Source: a virus
Lineage: Duplodnaviria > Caudoviricetes
DNA: 46,136 bases
Strand: one strand, 5' to 3'
IMG/VR virus record: IMGVR_UViG_3300044836_000012
Span: 1-46,136 of that record
Made by a program: the position numbers and the translations under genes. The notes beneath the pieces are model-generated. The model was not told the origin of the DNA. It did no database searches and saw nothing but the letters and a program-made list of their open reading frames with translations. Below, in pieces: positions 28,337 through 37,823 of this stretch (the stretch's first letter is position 1; every line of letters begins with the position of its first letter).

Positions 28337-28673
28337 GCGTTTCGTCTCCCCTAAGAGGCGGATTAAATATTGAGATCAAAACAGTATCTTCAAAAGCCTC
28401 AAATGTATGTGGCTCATGTTTATCATGGCTATACATTACACCTGGTTCAATGATATATTTATCTCCGGTATCGAGATTGACTAATTCACCCCTACCCAAT
28501 ATGCAATAGCAACTTTCCAAATGATTTGTATAATGCCATCTATTCGGCTTGCCCTTTGGTATTAAGGTTTTGCATACCGAAAAACCCATATTATCAGACT
28601 TGTTGGAAAGTCTGATTGATACACCGCCGGTAAATTTTACGGCTGGTTTATTTTTTTCGTTAATTACTATCAT
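28311..28673 (-). CDS. ectC: Orphan ectoine synthase-like cupin
   Basis: MIV start, MGFS, HYTNHLESCYC, PGVMY..DKH..H, FNPPLRGDETHD..G.Y closely follow the EctC consensus. Confidence 0.8.
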   Translation of the reverse strand: MIVINEKNKPAVKFTGGVSIRLSNKSDNMGFSVCKTLIPKGKPNRWHYTNHLESCYCILGRGELVNLDTGDKYIIEPGVMYSHDKHEPHTFEAFEDTVLISIFNPPLRGDETHDKNGIYN

Positions 28674-29977
28674 AAATCTTTATATTTTTCCATTATTTCA
28701 CGTTGCCTAACGGCTTGTTCTTTTGTTGGTGACAGGCCAATATACTTGCACGTATGATCGTTTTTTAATATAGTTAATGCTAATCGTTTCCATGAACATA
28801 CCTCTGCATTATGCGCTGTTAGCATATCGGTATGGTCGGGATATGATTGTATTCTTATACGTAGTTTTTGCTTACCGCCATGTGGGGTTGTGCCATTGGT
28901 AATATAATGTATACCAGCGGCCGGTAATTGCTTAAGCGTTTCATCCGACATTGTACCGCCCACTCGGCCCCAATACAATATTGATTGAACGAAACGCCGC
29001 CTAAAATTTTCTGAAACTTCTTTTGGCAGGGTTTTTAGTAAAAATTTAACAAAAGATTTCCAGGTGTGCCCGACCGGTAATTTAAAGCTATTATAGCTTA
29101 TTTGTTTGCCATAAGTTGCTATAAAATTGGCTCCATGTACGCGAGCACAAAGCGTACTCCAAACATGCGGATCAATAACCCTGTAAAGATTTAACGAAGA
29201 TTTGCTTTCGCTCATGAATGGGCTCGCAACACGCATTTGAGAGATTGTCAAACCAGCCTTCCAAAAAATATCATAAAGTTTATTATATTCCCACTCAAAT
29301 TTACCGTTAGCAACCCAAATATCTTGCGTTTTCCAGTCGTAAATAGGGTAGCAGTTAAATGTATTAGGGTCTTGTGGTCGCTTTTGCTTAGTCCAAGCGT
29401 TACCCTGAACAGTAACTTTTGCCTCATTCATAATAGCCCTAAAACGATTTAAACTTTCATCTGCACGAATGCCTATCAAACAAGCGCAACTTTTACCCTG
29501 AGAATACCACGTCCCAAACGCATCCCAAAATTCATCGTAATTCATATTTTCTTCAAAAAATGAAAAAGGATGGGTTTTGAAGTTTATAATATAATCTTCT
29601 TTTGGCAGCGGCCTTATCCAGCGCTTCTCATCATTTACACCCCAGCACTGCCATTCAGTATGATAGGCAGAAACAGTACATGGCAGCGTAATAGGTAAAC
29701 AGCACCAATAAACATCCAAAATATCCAAATTGGCTTTTAATATTTTATGCATGAATTGAAGCGATAATTCATAGTTAGCCTCGTTATCCAATATCATTAC
29801 ACCTATTTTTTCAGTAATGTTATTTTTACGCATATGGTCAATAACCAAATTCAGCATTACTCCACTATCCTTGCCACCAGAAAACGATATATAAATACGC
29901 TCAAAGTTTTTGAATATAAAATCAATACGGTTATTTGCCGCATCGTAAACGTTTAATTCTTTGTTGTAATTTTTCAT
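28670..29977 (-). CDS. ibrA: IbrA-like PAPS-reductase-family protein (PP-loop plus DUF3440-like C-terminus)
   Basis: SFSGGKDSG, GIRADESLNR, YPIYDW, MRVASPF, SWKR...ILKNDH.C. Confidence 0.88.
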   Translation of the reverse strand: MKNYNKELNVYDAANNRIDFIFKNFERIYISFSGGKDSGVMLNLVIDHMRKNNITEKIGVMILDNEANYELSLQFMHKILKANLDILDVYWCCLPITLPCTVSAYHTEWQCWGVNDEKRWIRPLPKEDYIINFKTHPFSFFEENMNYDEFWDAFGTWYSQGKSCACLIGIRADESLNRFRAIMNEAKVTVQGNAWTKQKRPQDPNTFNCYPIYDWKTQDIWVANGKFEWEYNKLYDIFWKAGLTISQMRVASPFMSESKSSLNLYRVIDPHVWSTLCARVHGANFIATYGKQISYNSFKLPVGHTWKSFVKFLLKTLPKEVSENFRRRFVQSILYWGRVGGTMSDETLKQLPAAGIHYITNGTTPHGGKQKLRIRIQSYPDHTDMLTAHNAEVCSWKRLALTILKNDHTCKYIGLSPTKEQAVRQREIMEKYKDL

Positions 29978-30177
29978 ATATCGGTTTTAACCAATTTTAA
30001 AATATCACCCTCGTATCTTAATTGCATACCAAAATTATCCTCTAATTCATCCTGAATAGAGATAGCGTCTAATGGGTGTTCCGCGTCCGGGGCGGTTATT
30101 TTATTGCCTTTAAAAATATAACCCCTTGAAATTAAAAACTCTTTCGCTTCGTTTGTTTTCATATATAAAGATAACAA
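29974..30177 (-). CDS. Hypothetical protein (start probably 30162)
   Basis: ATGA-coupled to ibrA. Confidence 0.6.
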   Translation of the reverse strand: MLSLYMKTNEAKEFLISRGYIFKGNKITAPDAEHPLDAISIQDELEDNFGMQLRYEGDILKLVKTDI

Positions 30178-30213
30178 ATTATTTAATAAAAACTAAATAA
30201 TTAAACAAATTTT

Positions 30214-30690
30214 TTACAATTTAATCCAAACCCCCATTCTAACCGATTTACTTAAATTTTCAGGCGAAGTGGCAATATCGGCCTTGCTCCTATTGGTATA
30301 TTTCAAAATAATAGTCTTTTTATCAATGCTGATTATCTTCAATTCGCAATCGGTTGATTTGATACGAAACGCCTGGTTAAACTTAAATTCACCCTCTTTT
30401 TGTTCAATAACTTTTGGTGGCATAAACATAGGTTTATCAGATACGGGTGCAACAAATGGCTTGTTGTAATTCACATCAATAACAGATTGTACATGCCAAC
30501 CATGTGATCTGAAATGAGAAACCATTAAATTATCACCGGCTAATTGTAAATCTTTTTCAGGTACTAAAATTTGCAGATCAGTAAAATCAATAGGCCAAAT
30601 GAATTGTTTGGCGGCGTTTTGCCAATAGTCGCGGGATTGGCCTAAAACGGTATTAATCTTTATACGATTTTTGCTCATGCTTTTGTACAA
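30214..30690 (-). CDS. Hypothetical protein
   Basis: ORF track. Confidence 0.6.
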   Translation of the reverse strand: MYKSMSKNRIKINTVLGQSRDYWQNAAKQFIWPIDFTDLQILVPEKDLQLAGDNLMVSHFRSHGWHVQSVIDVNYNKPFVAPVSDKPMFMPPKVIEQKEGEFKFNQAFRIKSTDCELKIISIDKKTIILKYTNRSKADIATSPENLSKSVRMGVWIKL

Positions 30691-30734
30691 AAGGTAGTTA
30701 GAATTAATCTAACTACCTGTAAATCAATTAATTA

Positions 30735-31046
30735 TCAAAAAGGAAAATCACTTCCGTCACCCAATCCCGCATCGGCTTCTAATGGTTCAGGTGCCTTTGG
30801 CTCTGATTTTTTTAAATTGCCCAAGTAAATATTACCCTCTACAGCCTGCGCAGCAGCATCCTTGCTCTGCAATTTAATTGATAGTGAATTACCATACTGA
30901 TCCGGTTCATCATTTACCCAAACTGTAATTTGGGCAAACGCCTTTTTTTCTTTACCAGCCCTTACAAACGCCGAATGCGGTAAATTTGCTTGTTTTAGTA
31001 ACGTTGTTACATCAATGCTACCATAGTAGCTCTGTCCTTTTGCCAT
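30735..31046 (-). CDS. Putative single-stranded DNA-binding protein
   Basis: Acidic C-terminal tail ending DGSDFPF; PDQYGN and YLGN motifs; recombination cluster. Confidence 0.7.
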   Translation of the reverse strand: MAKGQSYYGSIDVTTLLKQANLPHSAFVRAGKEKKAFAQITVWVNDEPDQYGNSLSIKLQSKDAAAQAVEGNIYLGNLKKSEPKAPEPLEADAGLGDGSDFPF

Positions 31047-31072
31047 GTGTTCTTAGTGTTTAATTGTTTAAT

Positions 31073-31606
31073 TTATTTTATGTTAATTGAATTATATATT
31101 GCTACACAATATTTTATTTGATATAAACAGTCGCCCATGGCGTTGTGCGGAAACTCATTTACGATCTGCTTTTTAAGAATGGGATTAAAGGCTATTAACG
31201 TACGAATGCACCGCTCCTGCCAGTAAAACCAGGGTGCACCCATTTCAATAGCTTCATACGCCGATCTTAACAGTATCAAATCAAACGACGGTGCATTGGC
31301 CCATATTTGTACGTCTTTATCATTAATATCTTCAAGCCACGCTTCAAATGAATTTAAAGCGGCTTTTAATGTAGTACAATTATCTTCTAAGGATTTACGG
31401 GCTTCATCCGATTGCTTCATCCACCACAACGCTGTACTTGCATCAATGGTTAATCCATTTTTTTGACTATCAACCGCATCAATATTTATATAAAATTGCT
31501 TGCCGGTTTCGCCCGTAACAATATCAAATTGTACCGCTCCTATGGATAGGATTACCGAGCCGGGCTTAGTGCCGAGAGTTTCGATGTCTATGCAAATGTG
31601 TTTCAT
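31073..31606 (-). CDS. DEDDh 3'-5' exonuclease (Exo VIII-like/Rv2179c-like)
   Basis: IDIETLG, SIGAV, WANAPSFD, HNAMGD. Confidence 0.88.
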   Translation of the reverse strand: MKHICIDIETLGTKPGSVILSIGAVQFDIVTGETGKQFYINIDAVDSQKNGLTIDASTALWWMKQSDEARKSLEDNCTTLKAALNSFEAWLEDINDKDVQIWANAPSFDLILLRSAYEAIEMGAPWFYWQERCIRTLIAFNPILKKQIVNEFPHNAMGDCLYQIKYCVAIYNSINIK

Positions 31607-32247
31607 AAATTAAATATTTTTTTATCGTTTATAAGTGATCTATTCGCCTCCAAAAACTCCGTAAACTCAACCAAATTAAATATAAATTCATCAGTCATAG
31701 CCGAATTATGGATATATGGCTCAATATACATCGTCTGAAAATCAGTTACCAGGTAGTTGAATTTGTGAATAGTACGGCCATTAATTTGCGCTAACAAAGG
31801 GTAGCATTTATGCTGGTTATTGATTTTATATTTATCCTTTTTGTAGCTGCCTGTTGTTTTCAAGTCTACAAACATATCAGGATAACTATAATCAATAAAG
31901 CCATAAACCTTAATGCCGCCTACTGGCGTTTCTACAACCGCCTGTATGTATTCCTGTTGTTTGGTAGCGTTAATTAATTTAGCAGCTATCCGGTTAACAA
32001 TTTCGGTTCTGAATGTAAATCCATTGCTCTCGTAATATTCAGCATCCATTAATAATTTATGGTTGCCGGATTTTAACAGCACGTTTATAACATTCTCAAA
32101 AGCAACTCCCTTTTTAGCAGCTTCCGGCATTTCTGATTTTACGCGGTTAATCTTATCGATTAACTCCTGTTTTTCGTTATAACCACGTTTGTACCAGTAG
32201 AATGAGTCTATGAGTGTGGGAAATAGGGCATATTTATATTTATCCAT
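31603..32247 (-). CDS. PD-(D/E)XK nuclease (recombination exonuclease-like)
   Basis: GVAFE, GFIDY, VDLKTT, QH..Y; start reassigned to MDKYKY, which overlaps the upstream stop. Confidence 0.75.
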   Translation of the reverse strand: MDKYKYALFPTLIDSFYWYKRGYNEKQELIDKINRVKSEMPEAAKKGVAFENVINVLLKSGNHKLLMDAEYYESNGFTFRTEIVNRIAAKLINATKQQEYIQAVVETPVGGIKVYGFIDYSYPDMFVDLKTTGSYKKDKYKINNQHKCYPLLAQINGRTIHKFNYLVTDFQTMYIEPYIHNSAMTDEFIFNLVEFTEFLEANRSLINDKKIFNL

Positions 32248-32761
32248 TTTTGAATTTCCATTTAAATTGTTTGTAAGTTTTTTTACCGCCCCTGCAACAG
32301 TTTGATATATGAGTAGAAAAATATCCAATTTCCAATTCAACATGATATGCGCATCTCCACTCTTTAATAAAATCACCATCTAAAGACATTTGGATAACAG
32401 GTCTTTTAAAATTCCTATCCGCATCGCTTGCATGTTGACAATTTTGAGAGTACGTTAACCACTCCAAATTGCAAACGTTATTATTTAGTTTATTAAAATC
32501 CTTATGATTTACGGTGTCTTTTATTTTGGATGGAGATAAAAAATATTCAGCAACAAGTCTATGTATAGATTGATGCTTTCTTACTCCATCAGTACAAAAC
32601 AAAGTACGCTCGTAACCTCTATTAGTTATCTCGGCTGATTTAATTCGCTCGTTGCCATTTTTGGTTATGGATTTTACCCTACCTAAATTACTAATCCAAT
32701 AATATGGAAACTCTTTATGTTGCTTCCAAATTTCAGCTTCACACAATTCACAATGTACCAT
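32240..32761 (-). CDS. NUMOD4-HNH-NUMOD1-type homing endonuclease
   Basis: EIWK..YWISNLGRVKS, HRLVA, VNHKDFNKLNN..NLEW, PVIQMSLDG..IKEW. Confidence 0.9.
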   Translation of the reverse strand: MVHCELCEAEIWKQHKEFPYYWISNLGRVKSITKNGNERIKSAEITNRGYERTLFCTDGVRKHQSIHRLVAEYFLSPSKIKDTVNHKDFNKLNNNVCNLEWLTYSQNCQHASDADRNFKRPVIQMSLDGDFIKEWRCAYHVELEIGYFSTHISNCCRGGKKTYKQFKWKFKNG

Positions 32762-33258
32762 TATTTAATATTCAAAGTTAAACCTAATTTACCCGACTTA
32801 ACAGGCGGTTTAATTGTATAAACCTCTGCCTCATTTATAACAATATCCATCGGCTTAGTAACTGATTTTAGAAACGTTTTCCGTTCTTCTAAGGCGTCTT
32901 TAGCCTCTTCAAAAGCAGTATTCAATTCGGTATATATCGGATCTTGACAATAACTAAAATCATACTTAACCCCGGTCATACCTTCGGTTATTTTAACCCC
33001 AAACTTTTGATAATCTGGGCCGACAGATTTACTTTCGGCAACGGGTCGTATTTTAGCGTCCAGTTCCTTAAATAATTCAGAGCCTTTTTTGATGAATATC
33101 AACGCATCAATAGCATCATATTCACCGTCCATTACTGAATTATAGGCTTTGATAGCTGTGTCTTTGATCTGATCTTTCGATTTGTTGATAAAATCAGATA
33201 GTTCCAATTGTAACCCTGCGGGGATAAAATTGCCTTGTATTGATAATTCTTTGCTCAT
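32761..33258 (-). CDS. Conserved phage protein of the recombination cluster
   Basis: GVKYDFSYCQDP motif; coupled to neighbours. Confidence 0.65.
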   Translation of the reverse strand: MSKELSIQGNFIPAGLQLELSDFINKSKDQIKDTAIKAYNSVMDGEYDAIDALIFIKKGSELFKELDAKIRPVAESKSVGPDYQKFGVKITEGMTGVKYDFSYCQDPIYTELNTAFEEAKDALEERKTFLKSVTKPMDIVINEAEVYTIKPPVKSGKLGLTLNIK

Positions 33259-33422
33259 TTTAGTTGATCTAATATAAATTCTGCGTTAATAATTGCATTT
33301 TCAAAATCGTGACCTTGATAAGGCAGCTTATAAAGTTCTATAATCTCTTTTAGGGATTTTTTCAATGCCTCTATTTGTTCAAATAATTGCATTTTACTTG
33401 TCTGTCGGGTTAAGGTGCTCAT
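33255..33422 (-). CDS. 55-aa hypothetical protein
   Basis: Hand translation; overlaps both neighbours (TAATG, ATGA). Confidence 0.5.
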   Translation of the reverse strand: MSTLTRQTSKMQLFEQIEALKKSLKEIIELYKLPYQGHDFENAIINAEFILDQLK

Positions 33423-34255
33423 TATTTCTTAGGCGTTAATTTAACCTTCATTTTATCCTTAATATCATTGTATTTTACCTTATCCTCTGCTGACAGAGAT
33501 AAAAACACAGCCTGTAAATCAACTAAATTTTTACAGTTTTTCAGTTCTTTTTCAGCATCAAACCTTATAGGCTCTACTCCACTTTCGCACCAGTCACGTA
33601 ATAATTTACCAGTTTCAATAGTCGGTACAAATTCAGGTTTATCCATAAATAATTCGGTTCGATCTTTTGAAGCTTTGGCTAAATGTGTTTCCGATAACTG
33701 TAGGTTAACGGTTAATTCATATTCAAAATCTTCGCGGGTAACTTCCTTAAGACCGCCTTTTTCAATAACCATTTTACCGTTGCTGTCTTTAGACATTTCG
33801 TAGTCCGTTTTACGCCTAACGGTAGTTATCATGTGGCATTTAGAGGATAGTATCGCATCAATAAATTTTTGGTGCCTGGGGGTTACATTCGCCCAATCCT
33901 GGTAACGACCGCCCAAAGCGGAATGTATTTCAATGCAACCGCCCTTCCCTGACCATTCATGCGTAATGCTATCAACAATTATCAATTCGATGCCCTCTGT
34001 ATCTTCGCATAGCTTGATTGCCTTTATATAGCTTTCAGGTGTATAGGGGGCTTCAATGGTAAGTACATTGTATTCGCCCAAATGGCTGTATAAATCAGCA
34101 CTGCCATTTTCGCTATCTATAATAGCTATTTTATTCCAGTCGCCGATCATACCATAGGCAATTAATAATGCGGACATGGTTTTACCACCCCCGGCTACCG
34201 CGCTTAATCCTAAACGGATTTTAGCCTTTTGTTTACTTGCTTTTCTTAAAGTCAT
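33422..34255 (-). CDS. AAA ATPase, Sak4-like recombinase
   Basis: AVAGGGKT, IDSENGS, IVDSITHEW, EYE, ASKDRT. Confidence 0.82.
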   Translation of the reverse strand: MTLRKASKQKAKIRLGLSAVAGGGKTMSALLIAYGMIGDWNKIAIIDSENGSADLYSHLGEYNVLTIEAPYTPESYIKAIKLCEDTEGIELIIVDSITHEWSGKGGCIEIHSALGGRYQDWANVTPRHQKFIDAILSSKCHMITTVRRKTDYEMSKDSNGKMVIEKGGLKEVTREDFEYELTVNLQLSETHLAKASKDRTELFMDKPEFVPTIETGKLLRDWCESGVEPIRFDAEKELKNCKNLVDLQAVFLSLSAEDKVKYNDIKDKMKVKLTPKK

Positions 34256-34318
34256 TTTGTTTGATTTTTACGTACCGTAGTACCGTGTAATTATTAAATA
34301 TAGTGAATTAATTTTAAT

Positions 34319-34771
34319 TTATTTTCTAAAATAGGGCTTGCAAATCTCAATAACCCGATTACATTGTTTCACGTTAAACATTCCGATATGGCAATCTTCG
34401 GCTGATAAATTCATTTGTCCCCGCAACCATTTATAAGCCTTACCCCTCGCGTGTCCTTTTGTACAATCCTTATCAATTCTGCGCTGCCAGAGGTTGTCCA
34501 AATAATAATGAGCCTGTATTTTTGCGGCTCTTAATTCTGCATTTGCTAATCTACCCAAAGCCTCAAGCGGTTTTGTTTTATGACAACCCACATAGGCATC
34601 ACAATCCCTGCATAGGTAAATCATACCGCCGTATGATTGATTATAAACTTCCGTGTCAGGAACATGCTCTGTTGGTTTATTGCAGTACGGGCATATTTTT
34701 CCGGTTTGTATGTCTTGTTGTAATTCCATGTTACTTCCAAATCTCCCACCATTTCTTTTCAGAAACAGCAA
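34319..34771 (-). CDS. Zinc-finger protein (DUF3268-like); start probably at the internal MELQQ
   Basis: CPYC, CRDCDAYVGCH, LGRLAN, CHIGMF. Confidence 0.8.
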   Translation of the reverse strand: MLFLKRNGGRFGSNMELQQDIQTGKICPYCNKPTEHVPDTEVYNQSYGGMIYLCRDCDAYVGCHKTKPLEALGRLANAELRAAKIQAHYYLDNLWQRRIDKDCTKGHARGKAYKWLRGQMNLSAEDCHIGMFNVKQCNRVIEICKPYFRK

Positions 34772-34952
34772 GCCGCTTGCCTTTTTTCAATTCGTTCAGC
34801 CGGGCCTTAACGGGGCTGATCTCTATTGGATGTTTTGACGCATCAGCAAAGTAAGGCATCTTGTACCTATATTCATTCGGCTTATCGTCAATAGCCCAGC
34901 CAACGTGCTTTGTGGGTTCATCCTGGGGTATTATTTTTAGGCTTGGTTTCAT
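34731..34952 (-). CDS. Hypothetical protein
   Basis: ORF track; KKWWEIWK C-terminus. Confidence 0.55.
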   Translation of the reverse strand: MKPSLKIIPQDEPTKHVGWAIDDKPNEYRYKMPYFADASKHPIEISPVKARLNELKKGKRLAVSEKKWWEIWK

Positions 34953-34956
34953 GTGG

Positions 34957-35472
34957 TTAAATTTTGGTTAGGCCAAGTAAGGTTGATAGGTCAATATCTT
35001 CATTGATTAAAAACCCATCGACATTCATATCAAATCTAAGGCGTTTAAATTGTTCAATGTCACTATCGTAATGAATGATATAATTAGTTTCGATACAGCG
35101 AATAATATAAACAGATTGGTTATAATGTTCAATAGCGCGTTCTAAAGCATCACGTAAATAGGTTGATGTATTAATGAGTATTTTACCCTTTAATTCCTGC
35201 AATCCTGCAATAACCATAAAGTCACATAGTTGGTCGTATGAGCCAAAATGGTTTTCAGTAAACATACTATACGTAACAACGGCATTGTTTATATCAAACA
35301 TTTGTTCTTCAACCTTATTTTGAACAGCGTGAAAATTATATATTGACTGCATAGTATTTAATGCATCAATAGATAAACCACCATGAAAAGCTAATCGCCT
35401 TTGAGCTATATGTTTGTTTTCTATAGCTTCAACTTCTCTTTCGTTGTCAATAAATATTAGTTCTTTTTTCAT
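34957..35472 (-). CDS. Hypothetical protein
   Basis: ORF track, 171 aa. Confidence 0.65.
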   Translation of the reverse strand: MKKELIFIDNEREVEAIENKHIAQRRLAFHGGLSIDALNTMQSIYNFHAVQNKVEEQMFDINNAVVTYSMFTENHFGSYDQLCDFMVIAGLQELKGKILINTSTYLRDALERAIEHYNQSVYIIRCIETNYIIHYDSDIEQFKRLRFDMNVDGFLINEDIDLSTLLGLTKI

Positions 35473-35645
35473 AATCTAACTATTAAATACCGCATACACC
35501 AATCCCGAAGAAGTAAACCACACCTCCTCAATCGTCATCACTCTTTTCAAAAACGAGGCGTAATATTCTATCTCTGCCACCTCCTGATAGGCTGGCGACA
35601 ATTCGCTGTATCGGTATAGGGTTGTTGTTACGGTTTTCATGGTGG

Positions 35646-36041
35646 TTAAAGTTTTGTTAATTCTGTTGCTGCAAATGGCAGCCTATCCATAAACTTATCA
35701 GTTTTAACAATGTATGAGTTTTGCTCTATGGCAATTATTTTACCCCTCAATCGGTTTAATGATCGTTGGGTTTCTTGATGAATAGCGTTAGTATTAAACG
35801 ATACCTTGTCGCCTATTTTTAAGGCATCTAATATTTTGTCAACCTCTACTATACATTCCGAAGTTAAGGCATGTATTACAAATGGAGTTCTTACATACGA
35901 CTTTCGGTAATCCTCATTCAACTCCAACAAACATTGAATAAATTTATGATTACCCAACGTTGCCTTTTTGCCGCCATTGCCATAAATAAACCACAACTTA
36001 GTTAGCGCCTCTTTTTGAGTATTTGTTAAAACAACTTTCAT
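35646..36041 (-). CDS. Hypothetical protein with C-terminal KOW/SH3-like segment
   Basis: LKIGDKV...GKIIAI. Confidence 0.55.
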   Translation of the reverse strand: MKVVLTNTQKEALTKLWFIYGNGGKKATLGNHKFIQCLLELNEDYRKSYVRTPFVIHALTSECIVEVDKILDALKIGDKVSFNTNAIHQETQRSLNRLRGKIIAIEQNSYIVKTDKFMDRLPFAATELTKL

Positions 36042-36362
36042 ATTATATCCAGACTTATTTTAATGAATTTATTAATAGCGGAGTCAGTCCTATTAAACAG
36101 TTTCATAGCGTTCTTTTCAGATGTTGCTATAATAGGCTTTTATTGTTGTAAAGCCATCCTTATTAAGGTACGTGATGTAATATATTCTACTTTTCATATC
36201 TTTCAATCCTTTCCCATCCTATCCTCAATCCAATTCATCAACCTGTAATATCGCCGTGCTATTTCCATATCAATCGGTAAATAATGTTCCATCTGAAACA
36301 ACGCCTGTTGACGAAATTCTATGAGGCGTTTGAAGCGGTCGAGGCGGGTCATGATGATTAGA

Positions 36363-36590
36363 TTAATTAGTATAGTTAGCAATAACTATTTCCGATGTAT
36401 CAATATCTTCATAGTGAACCGTAGCCATGTGTGACCCGTAGCAATTATCATCGTCTACAATCAAATCGCTCATATCTTCGGGTGTTTTTCTGCGCTTTAA
36501 AATAGCAGATTTTAATTGCCGCCTTATTACTGAAATGTGCTGAATAACCTCGTTATCCTCATCGCACTCAATTATTATTATTGCTTTCAT
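36363..36590 (-). CDS. Hypothetical protein
   Basis: ORF track; coupled. Confidence 0.55.
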   Translation of the reverse strand: MKAIIIIECDEDNEVIQHISVIRRQLKSAILKRRKTPEDMSDLIVDDDNCYGSHMATVHYEDIDTSEIVIANYTN

Positions 36591-36892
36591 CGTATTGATA
36601 ATTTATAAGCCAGTAAATATTTTTTAATGTGTTTTAATGCGTGTTCGGGTTTGTAAAATATTAAATCAAATGATTTGTCTACAATAATTTCCATGCCATC
36701 AATAACCTCTCTTTTGCTTTGATTTGCATAGGCTTCCATAGCCTGAATGATATTGTCAAATTCCCATCCACTTAGCGTAATATCCGCTTCGTTGGTTTTT
36801 ATATTTAATATTTCTTCTACTGTTTTCATATCCTTAATCCGTATAATCCCCCCATCCGTGCGCATCCTCAAACATTTCCGTCCAAGCCTCAT
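36587..36892 (-). CDS. Hypothetical protein (start probably at MKTVEE)
   Basis: AMEAYANQ motif common in small phage proteins. Confidence 0.55.
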   Translation of the reverse strand: MRLGRKCLRMRTDGGIIRIKDMKTVEEILNIKTNEADITLSGWEFDNIIQAMEAYANQSKREVIDGMEIIVDKSFDLIFYKPEHALKHIKKYLLAYKLSIR

Positions 36893-37072
36893 TCATCGGC
36901 TCGGATTGCATTTCGGCTATCTCTCCCGGTGTGGGTGCGCCTTGATTGGCTTGTGTGGGTAGTTTTTCTGTTTTCATAATCCTTTCAATTAATGTATGGT
37001 CAAAATTAATACATTGGTTTGATATATGCAACAATAAAATGCAATTTATAATTATTATAAATAACAAAAAGA

Positions 37073-37104
37073 TTTGCAAGATAAAATTATAATCCTTAGA
37101 TTTG
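37073..37104 (+). promoter_or_regulatory. Bacteroidota sigma-A type promoter: TTTG (37073) - 20 nt - TAGATTTG (37097)
   Basis: Both -33 and -7 boxes with consensus spacing, upstream of the ATG at 37125. Confidence 0.7.
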
Positions 37105-37124
37105 TGTTATTAAATAAAATAAAT

Positions 37125-37385
37125 ATGGCACACTTAACATTATCACTGCATCACGATTTTGAGGGCTTACAACCATATTCTAACATTCTGCCTAAATCAA
37201 AAGAGTTTAGTGATTTGCAGGATGCTTTAAAATTTTGTCAAGAAAATAACATGGTATTTGCCTGTTATATAACTCAATGGAGTGATGCTTCTGACGAAGC
37301 CGATATTGAGTATCAATGTTCAATGGATGGCGTTGAGGTAGAAACAGAAGCGGGGGAGTATTATCACGATTTAGACTGGGTGTAG
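37125..37385 (+). CDS. Acidic hypothetical early protein
   Basis: Start reassigned to MAHLTL downstream of the promoter. Confidence 0.6.
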   Translation: MAHLTLSLHHDFEGLQPYSNILPKSKEFSDLQDALKFCQENNMVFACYITQWSDASDEADIEYQCSMDGVEVETEAGEYYHDLDWV

Positions 37386-37597
37386 TGGCGATTAATCGAA
37401 AAGATATTTTACAGGTTCAATACACTAAAGAGTGGTCCATGCATCACCTTAGTATTTACGGCACCGAAAAAACATTGTGCGGTAAACCATTAGGCATTGC
37501 GCTTGAATTGTTTGATATACCCCTTGACGTATGTCTTGAAAATTGCTGTCATTGTAAATCATGTTTAAAGGCGCTTAAAAAACTAACGATTGAATGA
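37385..37597 (+). CDS. Small Cys/His-rich protein
   Basis: H...TLCG...CKSC. Confidence 0.6.
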   Translation: MAINRKDILQVQYTKEWSMHHLSIYGTEKTLCGKPLGIALELFDIPLDVCLENCCHCKSCLKALKKLTIE

Positions 37598-37821
37598 AAG
37601 ATATATCAGGATATAAAAAACCAGTACCTATTGAAGATGGCGAATGGTGGTATATGGGTTACACCATTACCAAACAGATACATCCTTTGTTAAGAAAATA
37701 TATTGTCAGGTCAGATAAAAATTGGTTGGCAAACACTTTCAATAATTTAAAAGAGTGTTATAAGCATTGCAGGGAAAATCCGATTTTTGACTCGATTTAT
37801 AAACCTATTGATTATTTATAA
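37594..37821 (+). CDS. Hypothetical protein
   Basis: ATGA coupled. Confidence 0.55.
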   Translation: MKDISGYKKPVPIEDGEWWYMGYTITKQIHPLLRKYIVRSDKNWLANTFNNLKECYKHCRENPIFDSIYKPIDYL

Positions 37822-37823
37822 TT

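Noticed and set aside
28670-29977. CysH sulfur-assimilation auxiliary gene or complete Dnd system
   Set aside because: The long IbrA-type C-terminus and IbrB partner argue against CysH, and no dndD/dndE or ssp genes are present
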